Assembly (NCBI GenBank): GCA_977030845.1
Contig: CDRPQX010000016.1
Span: 496,142 to 560,000, forward strand
DNA length: 63,859 bases
Source of the DNA: Fimbriosthenelais zetlandica
Taxonomy: Eukaryota
Direction: 5' to 3'
Shown here: piece after piece, positions 50,323-62,914 of the stretch
How positions within the stretch are numbered: the first letter of the stretch is position 1
Layout: each line of letters begins with the position of its first letter
Program-made: the position numbers and the translations under genes
Notes under the pieces: model-generated
The model's database searches: none
The model's input: only the letters and a program-made list of their open reading frames with translations
Told to the model about the DNA's origin: nothing

Positions 50323-51704
50323 TCACAGAAATAAAAAATATTAGCATCTAAAAATGTTGGCAGGGGGCTGGAACGATCCCTGGTTCATGGTTGTGGTAGC
50401 AGGAGGCAGCACCTGTAACCGTAGTGTGTAATTTACTCACCAGGCGTCAGTACTGTGTATAAGGAAGCAGCGCTAGTTAAGATACTTTATTCCTCAGTTT
50501 GGTCTGCCAACATGGCTCAGTATTGAGGTAGATTTTATATCCTCCTAACCCTCCATGTTTTATATCTGTAGCCTGCTAACCCTCCATGTTTTATATGTGA
50601 CTCATTGAGGAGAGATTCCGGGACTTCCCCCTGACCTAATTAATACGTCATTAAGTCTGGAGACGCGCTCATTATGAGCTGTCATTATAGCAATTAGTGA
50701 AATTAACGTTAGATGTTATCATGAAACAGATACCATGAAGAGCTATCATGAAACCACCTCACCCCCACCCCCACACCCTCACCTCACCCCCACCCCCACA
50801 CCCTCATCTTACCCCCACCCCTTCACCCTCACCTCACCCCCACCCCCACACCCTCACCTCACCCCCACCCCCTCACCTCACCCCCACCCCCACACCCTCA
50901 TCTTACCCCCACCCCCACACCCTCATCTAACTCTCCCTCTCAATCCTCCCATTCTAGTACTGTCTTTTCTTTCTTTTCATCTTTCCATTCCCCCTGTCTC
51001 TCCCTCTCTCTATCCCTTCTTTCCCTTTCTATTTCCCATCTCTCTCCTCTAATTTTTCCCGCCTCTATGTCTGGTAAACAGTATCGATTTATTGGTGTCT
51101 TTCAAGGTGAATCAAATGAATATTTTATCATCAGACTAATCCTCTCTGTTGCCGTTGATTTTAGTTTTTTAACAAGTGCATCATTCAAGTCGTGGAAAGT
51201 TTTACTGGGGAGTAATTTTCCTCTCGTGATCATCATGGCGTGCTGATTGCGTCACCTGAATCTACCTGTATACAGGGGGAATTCCACTGCTAAAAATAGA
51301 TATGAGGGGTTCCCCAGTAGGGTTAGGGATGGGGGTAGAAATTGTGGGGGATGCAATCTGTGAAATGAGTTTAAAATGAGTATAAATTTAAATTAATGCT
51401 GTATTTGTGTCTGAGTCGGGTCCATTATGCTACCAGCAGAGGTCTGTGGACAGGCATACAGTTAATGGGGGCGTGGTGGTAATAATGGCCCATTACTAGC
51501 GTATATTTATATTATTACCTTAAATTATAGATACGCCGGCTAAATGTTTCCTATGTGGCTAATAATATAGCAGATTGGGTCAGAATGGTTCAGTCTGTAG
51601 CTAATATGTCGTCCTGCTGATCATCTGATGACATTCTGGCGCCAAAAGAGGCGTCAGCGTCCCTGGCTACACGCCCATAGATACCCTCTTACGTCCCCCA
51701 CAAA

Positions 51705-52655
51705 TTTTCAATTTCAGAAACTCACTCTCCATAGAGTTAGCATTGAAAAACTTATTTCTTTTAAAATGTCCCATGCGAGTTAAATAACACATGTGGGAAC
51801 TTAGCAAGAATACGAAAATTTAGTCGAAATATTCTCGAAGCGTATGATTCTCTTGGTTTAGTTTGTTTGTCATTTATTCATATTTTAAATAATTATGAAA
51901 TCCAGAAAATATCCGTCATAGATTAGCATTGGGAAGATAGGGCCGGGCAAGGAGCCCCATGTTCCGAGCCTCATAACCGCTTATTTTCTTACCAAATCAT
52001 CACTAAATCTGCAGAAATAAACGTCTACCTTCATTAAGAAAGTATTCCCTAAACAAATACAAACTGTCACTGTTTTTATTAAGAGATATTTCCACTTTTA
52101 TCAACGATTTAGTCATTGTTTATAAATTAGGACTTTCAACTTCCGGTTCAACGGTAAAAACGGTGATACATATCTCCGCCACTGTGCGGTGTAACGGGTT
52201 GATAGTGTAGTTCACGTTTTGCTCACAGCTAAACGCCGCGGCGCCAGCCGCCGGTATTCCCGGCCTAACCGGAAGTAACGGTAAAAAGGGCAACAAATAT
52301 CTCCGCCGCTATGTGGTGTAACGGCTTGAATCGTGACGTCATCGCTGGAATTCCGGAAGGGAAACCCCAATATAAGGCAATGTAAACAATGCATGAAATC
52401 GGCGAATGATGCAGCTGAATTTTCGCTGATTTCTCGCTTATAGTCAAGAGAAAGTCTTGAGACTAACCTCTAACTGCATTAAAATGACTTTGGGGACACT
52501 TTTAGAGTATAATATGTGGGTGGCATGCTATATTTGGCTTCTAAACAGCGCTAGAAGTCGGCCGCGACTACAGGAGTGTTTGACACTAGTACTTGTAGTA
52601 GTATAGGCAGTGGGAATGGTAGTCTTTGTAGCATTTATCATGACTTGTTGTGTAT
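51705..52655. mobile_element. About 0.95-kb dispersed repeat, copy 1 (probable non-autonomous transposon)
   Basis: Collinear high similarity to 61400-62325 in the same orientation; related segment at about 38810-38900; no ORF; class not determined. Confidence 0.7.
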
Positions 52656-53896
52656 CTGTTTAGATATGGTGACTATTTTATGCCTCAATTTTGACCTTTT
52701 TCTGGTTATATTTGATGAAGGGAACCATTAAGAGTACCATTCAGACGTCCAGACGTTGTGACGTTACAATAGTTGATATTGACTTTAGTGTAAATCAATA
52801 TAAAATCAATATGAGCTATTGTAACGTGAGGACGTCCGTACGTCTGACCCTCATTAAATATTCATACCCAGTAACATCAGCTGTAGAGGTGAAGAGTTTA
52901 CTGTGAACGCCGCCAGGTGGAAGCATTGCTTCACTACCGTGTTTATTGTGGGGATTTGTTTTGGTAAGGGGCCATCTCAAAATTTTGCAATTTTTGTCTA
53001 AATTTAAGTCCTTTGAAACAGTAGGTGGTGATCTGAGGCCCATTTTAATTTGTGAAAAAATACATGGATATAAGTTAGCATGATTTCAGCCATTTTCACA
53101 CTTTAAGATAGGAGGTGGGGTGGTGGTTTGTCTCCAAATTAAAGGACTTACATTTCGAGAGAAAAATCTTGAGATGACCCCTAAGTCTGATGGTCAGAAT
53201 GTGGGCTTTAGTTCTCATATAAATCCAGGCATTAAATCGTTATACCAAGGCCTTGGACACTCAGACTTTATAATGGTCATTACTGTAGACTTGCCAAAGC
53301 CTTGTATTAATTTATAAATCATTCATTTCAATATTGATTGCTTAACTTGTGCTAAGGCTCTCGTAGGCCTTTATTATTTAGCTCAGTTTATTCAGCTGTT
53401 TGAAGTTATTTAGCTGAATATTTATTATTTTATAATACTTTAATTTTATAAATATTTTATGACGAGGTGCACGTCTAGTGTTCCATGTTTTAATCAGGAG
53501 CAGTTATTGGTGCTCTGCCCATGTTATCCGGCCTGGTGGGAATCAGGCAGCTACAATAATAGCAGAAATAGCAGATTAAATATTTTAACAATCTGTAAAT
53601 CCTGCCAGCTCCTTCACTCAGGTCCTAATACCCACCAGTATTAATAAAACCTTCATTAGTCCACATATAGACTGGCACTGCTCCAATAAATAACAAAACA
53701 TGCTCTCTAGCCTGAGCTGAGCCCCTTACCCCTCCCCCCCCCCCCTCCCCCCCCCCCCACCCCCTCCCCCCTGTACCCCCACTGTAACACCTGGATCGAT
53801 CGGCTTTCACCTGTTGACCGCCAACCCTCTCACTCACTATTTAACTGACCAGACGTGCGAGAACTCCCCATACAGCTGACCATCACTTGACCATTT

Positions 53897-54042
53897 ACCA
53901 CTGCTCGCCACCACTCGCCACCGTTCACCACCACTCGCCACCGTTCACCACCACTCGCCACCACTCACCACCACTCGCCACCACTCACCACCACTCGCCA
54001 CCACTCACCACCACTCGCCACCACTCACCACCACTCGCCACC
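53897..54042. repeat. 10-bp repeat (ccactc(g/a)cca) directly upstream of exon B ATG
   Basis: A related ccact-rich repeat precedes exon D (56500-56584). Confidence 0.9.
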
Positions 54043-54165
54043 ATGTCCGTAGAGCAATATGCTAAGTTTTTCACGGCTAAAGACGTGAATGGTGACGGAT
54101 CTTTATCACGTGATGAGTTGAGGGAGGCGCTGAGAGGATCCGGCTACACCAAGAGTAAATGTGAG
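54043..54165 (+). CDS. EF-hand locus variable first exon B (MSVEQYAKFFTAKDVNGDGSLSRDELREALRGSGYTKSKCE)
   Basis: 41 codons, ccaccATG context, loop DVNGDGSLSRDE, phase-0 donor gttagt; TATTTAA at 53838. Confidence 0.88.
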
Positions 54166-54821
54166 GTTAGTGTGAGACAATATAGACAGACAGAACACAA
54201 AGACAAAGACAGACAAAACACAGACAAAGACAGACAGAACCCTGTCTCAACCCCAGATAGAGACAGAACCACGCCCCACTAACCCCGGACCCCACCCTAA
54301 CAAAAGAAGGGCAGATTGGGAATGATAGAGATAGGTGGAAGACAGGGGAGAAGAACAGAGAGAAAAGGAGTTAGAAAGGGAGACAAGGGGATAGAGAAGG
54401 ATAGGCAGGGATAGAGAGGCCAGGACAAAAGGATGGATAGAGAAAGAGGAGAGAACTCTTCACAACCAACTTATGTGCACTATAGTCCATGTTGAGTACA
54501 TTAAACCTACTGCCTTCTGTAGAAAAGCTCCAGCATAAAAATCTAATTAAATAGCTCAATAAAAAAAGTGGCGACGCAGTTCTGCTTCATTGAACTTCGA
54601 CAGGAGGAGATATGTGTGTAGTCTATAGATACGGGAGTATTGTGTATAGATCTCAGACACAACATACCTGTATAGCTGTCTCCAGTACTCACACCTGTAG
54701 CCAGTCAGTACCTGTACAGAGACGCAGTACACACCTGTATAATTCACACCTGTAGCCAGTCAGTACCTGTACAGAGACACAGTACATACCTGTATTCACA
54801 CCTGTATATTGAGACGCTTCC

Positions 54822-54962
54822 ATGATGGACGATTCCGCCAGGGTAAAAAGTTACATCGCCTGGTTTATGATTGAATGTGATAAGAATGGAGATGGAACGC
54901 TCAGTCTGTGTGAGCTGAGCGCCACTCTAAAGGAATATGGATACTGTGAACAACAGATACAG
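54822..54962 (+). CDS. EF-hand locus variable first exon C (MMDDSARVKSYIAWFMIECDKNGDGTLSLCELSATLKEYGYCEQQIQ)
   Basis: 47 codons, loop DKNGDGTLSLCE, phase-0 donor gtaaag; the nearest upstream AG gives an in-frame stop in phase 0, so it is unlikely to be an internal exon. Confidence 0.85.
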
Positions 54963-55009
54963 GTAAAGATTATGATAGTATTAAATAGGTGGGTGAGAGC
55001 ACCAGCTCA

Positions 55010-55250
55010 GTAGGTGAGAGCACCAGCTCAGTAGGTGAGAGCACCAGGTCAGTAGGTGAGAGCACCAGCTCATTCAGGGAGTGAGCTCAGTAGGTGAGAG
55101 CACCAGCTCAGTAGGTGAGAGCACCAGCTCATTGAGGGAGTGAGCTCAGTAGGTGAGAGCACCAGCTCATTCTGGGTGTTAGCTCAGTAGGTGAGAGCAC
55201 CAGCTCACTAGTTGAGAGCACCAGTTCATTCAGGGAGTTAGCTCAGTAAG
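55010..55250. repeat. 21-bp-based intronic repeat (gagagcaccagctcagtaggt)
   Basis: Downstream of exon C donor; contains repeated AG|GTGAG motifs. Confidence 0.85.
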
Positions 55251-56584
55251 TTAGCTCAGTAAGGTTAATACTTGTGCTAATATTTTATATCAAATAATGA
55301 AGGAAGTCACAGTATAAAAACAGGATAATATGACTTTATCTTTGTACAAATACACACGTCTGGACCAGTCGTTTTGATGTATGTCAACTTGTTATTTATC
55401 CTTGTATCCATTCCCTGCACATCCCCACATCCCCCATACCCCACATCCTAGTCTCTCACTTTTTAAGGAGTGTCTGACTTTTCTGTTTGTCCTTGTTTTC
55501 CTGTGCCCCCCCCCCTCCTCCCCCCCCCCCCCCTCCACACCCACCACTTCCTCCTCCAGTCTCCTGTGGATCATATAGTGGTACCTCTTTAATACGACCA
55601 GCATTTGAGTTAATCGTATAGTGGTTTCGGTCTCTATAGGGGTGGCTTTTATAGGGGTGCGGGCAGTGAGGCCCCCATGTTAGTCTATACAGACCTCAGA
55701 CTGACCTATACCTGCCTATACATGTGGCATAATCAGTGGGGAGGCTGGTAGAAGGAGGGGGAGGCTGGTGGAGGGAGGAGGAGGGGGAGGCTGGTAGAAG
55801 GAGGAGGGTGGAGGAGGCTGGTAGAAGGAGGGGGAGGCTGGTGGAGGGAGGAGGAGGGGGAGGCTGGTAGAAGGAGGAGGGTGGAGGAGGCTGGTAGAAG
55901 GAGGGGGAGGCTGGTGGGGGGGTGGGGGAGGAGGAGGAGGCCACTAGAGTCATGTCTACCATGATTAACATACACTTCATGATCTCCTGGCTTCAAACGT
56001 CTACAAACATTACCTACACAACTCACCCTACATAACTCTCAGACAGGTGAAAAGACAAGAAAAAACTACCCCACCCCCTCTCTAAAAGAGAAAGAGGCAT
56101 GTAAAAGAACCATTCGCATTCTCCCTCCCTCTGTCTCCTTCTCTCTCTTTCTATCTCCTTCTCTCTCGTGTTCAGGAACCATTGCTCTCCTGTGAGACTT
56201 GCTGGCCATTGTGTGCCAGTCCTTTCATCCTGAGATATCAGAAAAATTGCTGATTGGACGCTAAACCATTATGAACAGACAAAAACTCTCCCTGCCTCCC
56301 CCCCCCCCCCCCCCCCCCCCGCCTGCCTCCCCTCCCCCCCCCCCCCCCCCGCCCCTCACTGTACATATAGTGGGTCAGGTTCCGGTTGGCAGCCCCAGAC
56401 CTCAGTGTCTCCCTCTACCTCCACCTCCACACACTACTAACAGATCCCACAGTGACCAGTAGGACTCTATTATACCTCCTCCAGCCTCCTCCCGCCTAAC
56501 ACTGACCATTACTCACCACTGACCACCACTCGCCATCACTCACCACTACTGACCACTACTCGCCATCACTCACCACTACTGACC

Positions 56585-56710
56585 ATGGCGACTGTAGAGA
56601 AGTACACTAAGTTCTTTATGTGTAAGGATGTTAACGGGGATGGAGAATTAACCCCGGCCGAGCTGAAAGATGCCCTCAGAGGGTCAGGATACACAAGAGG
56701 ACAGATAGAG
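56585..56710 (+). CDS. EF-hand locus variable first exon D (MATVEKYTKFFMCKDVNGDGELTPAELKDALRGSGYTRGQIE)
   Basis: 42 codons, accATGG context, loop DVNGDGELTPAE, phase-0 donor gtgggt. Confidence 0.88.
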
Positions 56711-59179
56711 GTGGGTGGATAGGGGGGGTAGGGGGTCCTGTCCCGGACAGAGGGGCACATGAGGCATGGTCAGGGCAAGAGGTCCAAGAGGAGCCCTGCC
56801 TATCTGTATTTCTGTGCATATATTTACCCCTGTTAGAAGATATTCATTTCAAACTTTCGGTGCAGATACAGAAAGCTATTCAACCGACAATAGATAGCAC
56901 ATATAGACAGAGATGGGTGCTAGAAGGCACTGTCAGAGACAGGAGGGAGATAGAAGAATAGACAAGTCCCCCTCCCTGTCTGTTTGCCTGTCTATATGTC
57001 TATCTTTCACCTCGTTTACAGTTTCTCCTGGCAGTGTCCCAGTCCATCTGTAGTGAGGAATCAGAGCAGAAACTTGTATGCTTGTTACAGGAGTTCCCAG
57101 TAAGCAGCATGCCAATACATGTACATATAGTTCACCATTAATACACTTTAATGCGGAACATGTCAGTATACATACATGTACACTTTAATACATACATGTA
57201 TCCTCACCACTAGCATATACTCTAGTACTTTAATATCATTGCTTACCATACACACGATCCTTGAATTCATCATCATCTCAGCTTCTCGTTTTCTACACTT
57301 TTCTCAACATTTATACCATATATAACGATCCCTTCTCTCCTCTCTATCCTTCCCTGTCCTCTAGCCTTTCTCTCTAGCCTTTTCCTCTGTCCTTTGTTCT
57401 CTATCCTCTGTCCTCATCTGCCCTGATCTGTCTGTCTCTGTCCACCCGTGTATGATTCTATCTTGGTTGTTGTTTATCAGATTTTACACTAATTTAACCA
57501 TGAACTTCCATGACCTTCCATGACCTTCCATGACCGTCATGGATGGCTGAATTTAAACCTATATTTTCGTCCTCCGGGCGACATTCAGATCGAAAAAAAT
57601 AACCAGTCTACATAAATCCAGGCCTTTCTCAGACAAACATGAGAGAATCAGCCCTGGGCAACACTTAGAAGGCCTCTCAATGAGCTCGTACTTTAACTTA
57701 CTATTGGATGGTGCCCAAACCTGCCCCCCTCCCCGCTGACCTGCCCCCATATACAGCTGCTGCCCCCTCTAGCGGTGACCTCAGTGTTACACGTGACCTC
57801 TGGCTATTAGCCCTGCGGTTCTCTATAACCATTTATTCTCGCTTCCATATTTTATTCATATTTTATTATAATGTTCTTCATAACTTTATCCATATTAAAC
57901 CATTGTCCACAAAGCATTATTACCATTACCAGATCTCACTGAAATGTAACCATTATATTTATTATTAATCATGGGATGATTTCTGGTATTTTGAGTATTA
58001 TTTTTGGTGTATAATATATAAGGGTTTATGTTTCTCAGCCTCCAGGCCATGTTTTTATGATCGGCATACATGTACATCCTGTAGCTTAATATTCTGATAG
58101 TTTAACCTATATTCACCATCTTCCTACTCCCAAACACAGTGGAACTAGGCCTTATATAGACCTACTAAAGGCCTTGTGCCACTAAACACCATACTCCACT
58201 GCTGCGACACACTCGCCACAGACTCGCGACAGATTCGCGACAGGCGAGGTAGTGAATATGAGTGTGAGGAAAAGACTTTAAATAGTAACCGAGACAGGCA
58301 TTGGAGAGGAGGTGAAATGGGGAGAGGAGGGGAGAGGGAGGAGGGAAATTGTGGGAAGTTAGAAAGGAGAGGGGATTGCAGGCACACATATTGAGTCCAT
58401 GTTTTATGTCACAGGTACACAAGTAAACGTGCCTGGCCATCTTAATATTGACATGCTTATATAGTGAACGTGTCCTCACAAAAACCGACCATTTAAATAC
58501 AACATATTCCAACCGTCCCCTCCTCACATCACCAGCCAAGTCCCTCCACTAAACCCAGCCGTGTAAGTCCGTCTACTAAATTACAGACCTGTACCAACGA
58601 CAAGCCTGTAAATCCTTCCACTAAATACAGCCCTTATAGACCTCGTTACATATTATATCATTATGTAACCTAATCCTGAGCCCTGTTTTAAATGAGAAAA
58701 GGGAGTATTAGGTTAAGTCTATGGCTAATATTCTGTTTGAGAACTGCTCCTGGTGTTGTGGTAATAAGCAACTTTCACAGTGCTATACTTAAACTATAAA
58801 CCGTGATCGATACAGGGGATCAGGGAGAGAGATCAGCATTACACAGTGCTATACTTAAACTGTATTACACCTGACAAAGATCAGTATTACAAACAATATG
58901 AGAAATGGGCAGAAATATGACTCAATCTTGTGTAATAACAGCAAAAGTTGCAAAATACGTGAAGAGAATGAGTAAAGTATGACTGGTACAGCCCCATGAT
59001 CAAAGACAGAGGATCTAATTCCTTCCTTGATCTTAAAATAGCACGAAATGACGTTAATATACCAGCCAGAAATTCCCCATCTGACTCCAGTGCTGATCAT
59101 TCCACCCCCTCACCCTCACCCCCCCCCCCCCCTCACCTTCCACCTCCCCCCCCCCCCCACCAAACCCCCGCCCCCACAG

Positions 59180-59310
59180 CACGTGACCACGCCCCCCTGA
59201 CGTAAACAAACCCACGTGCTTCTATTTATAGTAATAATGATGAATCACCCGTTGGGGGCCCCCGTGAGTCAGTGAGCGCCCCTGTCGGTGCCTCTCTGTG
59301 TGTATATAGT
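59180..59310 (+). promoter_or_regulatory. Motif-dense candidate promoter of exon E
   Basis: E-box CACGTGAC 59180, CRE-like TGACGTAA 59198, MEF2 consensus CTATTTATAG 59222-59231, AP-1 TGAGTCA 59265, TATATAG 59303. Confidence 0.45.
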
Positions 59311-59417
59311 ATGTAGGTGGGTCGAGGCACCACTCAGACACTGTGAGACAGAGAATACCCTACAACCTCCTACATCCTACATATAACCTACCTCCTCCTA
59401 CTACATAATCTACCACC

Positions 59418-59543
59418 ATGTCGAGGTTAGACAGATATACCAAATACTTCATGAAGCAAGATAAAAACGGTGACGGGCAATTGTCACTAGACGAGCTGTA
59501 TGCTGCCCTCAGACCACAGGGCTACACTCGGAAACAGACCAAG
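59418..59543 (+). CDS. EF-hand locus variable first exon E (MSRLDRYTKYFMKQDKNGDGQLSLDELYAALRPQGYTRKQTK)
   Basis: 42 codons, ccaccATG context, loop DKNGDGQLSLDE, phase-0 donor gtgaga. Confidence 0.9.
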
Positions 59544-61399
59544 GTGAGATAGGGACAGAGACAGGGGGAGATAGGGACAGAGACAGGGGGAGATAGGGGA
59601 AGGCTGGGTGGAAGGACAGTTAGATTCTCTGAGGGAAAACACAGGTAAGGGGTGTGTGCCCCATCCCCTCCTCCTACCAGTAATATCAGTTACAGGATAA
59701 ATCAAATCTTTTTTTTCTTATTTTATTTTCTGTGTTGATAATTGAGTTTTGTCACGCTCTGGATCCGCTCCTCGCCTTATACAAGAGTAAAGTAAGCATG
59801 GCGGGAAGAGGGGGGAGTGGGACGCGAGTATTTACTGGGACTTTAGGGTATGGATATGGGGGAGGGGAGTGTGGGGGGTGTGGGGAGGGGAGGGGAGGAA
59901 AAGACTTATTTGTACATCTCACCTTTGTGACAAGTACCCGTATTCAGGCCGTGGAATGTGAAGTACATTTTTTTTTACATTTTTTCTCTTTCTATAAACA
60001 TTCCTTTCTGCCTGTCGTTCACCTGAGCTATCTGTTGCCATGGTAACCACAGGTATAATAGGCACCTGACTATGTCACCTGTAGAGATCTGTTTAATGTG
60101 AAGATGGTGCCGGGGGGGGGGGGTGGGGGGGGGTGGGGGTGGGGGTCGTTAAAGAAACAGGTCAGCTCCGGCGGTCAAGGACGGTTGGTCACATAAAGTG
60201 CTACATGCATGTACAATGTATAATGGAATTCAGGAGAGCGGTCAAGGGAAGAGGGGGCAGGAGGAGGGGAGAGGGGAAGGGAGGAGGAGGAGGGGAGAAG
60301 TGGCATGGGGTGAAGGGGAGAGGGGGAAGGGAGGAAAGATGTTAGATCAGTAGTTTAGAGTACCCAGTACTAAAGGGAATATTAGCAATGGAAGCTGCAT
60401 GGGGGAGGGTGAAAAAGAGAGAGTGAAGGAGGAATGAGATAATTGAGGAAGGAGTAGATAGACATACCTTACACATGGTTGAGTGGTATCAGATAGAGAG
60501 ATAGTTAGTTAGTTCCACACTTAGTGAGGTCTACTCACATGGAGAGAAGCATGACGCTATGTCACCATGACAACGTGACACGTGACCATGTAATGTAGCA
60601 CCTTATAAGGTCATGATAATCACGTGACAATATGGGAGGTTGAGTACCATTTTACTGTAAACGTAAAACGTAATAAACTGTACTGTAATTCCACTGTAAA
60701 CGGTTTATAAATGAACTGTACGGATACATGGATGGTTGCCATAGTGATCATGCCTTGGTGGTGTACAGAGTCAACTTTATGTCGTATTATCCTGATGGAT
60801 AAATTAAAAGTAGTCCTGTACATGTGGAGAACTATATAACAAATAGTTCGAAACGCTGGGGGTTTGAACCCCGGACCTGTTGGCTGTGAATTGCTCTCAG
60901 GTTTTCCATTTAGATCTAACAGGTCTCTACCATGGCATGGAATAGCAAGCTTTTTTACAATTCTTTCTTTTATTCTGAGGGAATAACATACTTGTAGTTT
61001 AGTTCAAGATATAAAGACGAAGTTAAAGGTTAAACCAATATTTAATCTAAACAAATATGCAAAAACTTAGGACTCCGCTATCTCGCTGTTTACCGTCAAT
61101 ATTGGTCTATCTCAGACAGACAAATACTCAATATTTTTGTTTTTTTTGTCAATCTGCTGGCCCGCATGCTGTGTATATTAATCCAGTCATTTATATCATT
61201 ATATAGAACAGGTGCTTTCTATTACTGGGTGACCATTAGAATACCGGGGGGGACTTTTGAAATAAATAATTTAAATTAATAATGTTGTGGGGAATATGGA
61301 TGAAATAAATACATTGACACAAGAGATGGAAATTTTGGGGTGGAGGATTGGGAGGGTTGAAGATTTCATGGCAATTGAGAGCAAATTTATTTACAAATT

Positions 61400-62325
61400 T
61401 TTAATTTCAGAAACTCCATAGAGTTAGCCTTGGAAAACTATTTATATCTTAATGTCCCCTGCGAGCTTAAAGAATGCATGTGAGACCTTAGCAAGAATGC
61501 GGAAAATTTAGTCGAGATATTCTCGAAGGGTATGGTTCTTTTGGTTTAGTTTGTTTGTCATTTATTCCTATTTTAAAGAATTATGAAATCCAGAAAATAT
61601 CCGTCATAGATTAGCATTGGGAAGATAGGGCCTGGGCAAGGAGCCCCATGTTCCGAGACTCATAACCGCTTATTTTCTTACCAAATCATCACTAAATCTG
61701 CAGAAATAAGCATCTACCTTCATTAAGAAACTATTCCCTCAACAAATACAAATTGTCACTGTTTTTATTAAGAGATATTACCACTTTTATCAACTATTTA
61801 GTCATTGTTTACAAATTAGGATTTCAACTTCCGGTTGAACCGTAAAAAAGGTGACAAATATCTCCGCCACCGTGCGGTGTAACGGGTTGATAGTGTAGTT
61901 CACGTTCTGCTCACGACTACGCGCCGCGGCGCTAGCTGGCCTAACCGGAAGTAACGGTAAAAAGGGTAACACATATCTCCGCCGCTGTGCGGTGTAACGG
62001 GTTAGATATGACGTCATCGTCGGAATTCCGGAAGGGAAACCCCAATGTACACAAATCCTGAAATCAGCGAGTGATGCAGCTGAATTTACGTCGATTTCTC
62101 GCTTATAGTCAAGAGAAAGTCTTGAGACTAACCTCTAACTGCATGATAATGACTTTGGGGACACTTTTAGAGTATAATATGTGGGTGGCAAGCTACATTT
62201 GGCTTCTAAACAGCGCTAGAAGTCGGCCGCGACCACAGGAGTGTTTGACACTAGTACTTGTAGTAGTATAGGCAGTGGGTATGGTCGCCTTTGTAGCCTT
62301 TATTATGACTTGTTTTGTATCTTTT
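61400..62325. mobile_element. About 0.93-kb dispersed repeat, copy 2
   Basis: Collinear with 51705-52655. Confidence 0.7.
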
Positions 62326-62400
62326 TAAGGCCGTCTTTATTCCTGGTTGTATTGATGTGACTTGTATTATAATAAACCTGTATTTATTCGCTATTTTCAG

Positions 62401-62910
62401 GCCATCTTTAACACGGCTGACACGTCAGGAGACAATAAGATGAGTCTAGAGGAGTTCCTCGTCTGTATGGGAGCAGTCGATCCCAAGGTCCACCAGTAAG
62501 TCTCCTTACATACAATCACAAACCCACAATCTGCGTCATTAAAATCTAGCTCTAAATGATAAAAGGCTCAATTTATTCCTGTCTTTTAATTTTTCATTCA
62601 TTTCTGATGCTATTTTGTTGTCATTTTCCGTCATTTCTGATGGCATTTTGATGTGATTTTGAATGATGTGTTTTAATGTTACAGTTCTGCGGCCATGTTG
62701 GCGGTGTGCCGGTCGTTTGATTTGAATGGTGACGGTAATATAGACAAGGAGGAACTGAAGGCGGCTATAGATGAATGCCGGAGTAAGGACAACATGGTGA
62801 CAGAGGAGGAAGCGGACATGCTCATGGCCAAGGTGGACCAAAACGATGATGGCCAGGTGACCTACAAGGAGCTGCTCAAAGAGGTGTTCGGGTACAACCT
62901 GGAGGATTAA
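62401..62910 (+). CDS. EF-hand locus constant exons (EF-hands 2-4) of a calmodulin-like 4-EF-hand protein, 147-153 aa with a first exon
   Basis: Exon 62401-62495 (phase-0 start after ttttcag; loop DTSGDNKMSLEE) and 62685-62910 (phase 2; loops DLNGDGNIDKEE and DQNDDGQVTYKE; TAA). Exon 62401 has no in-frame ATG before EF2. Confidence 0.92.
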
Positions 62911-62914
62911 ACTG

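Noticed and set aside
11420-62910. Idea that dehydratase/racemase, oxidase, amino-acid receptor and calcium sensor form one functional pathway cluster
   Set aside because: No shared regulatory evidence, mixed strands, and metazoan neighbours are usually unrelated; would need conserved synteny and co-expression.
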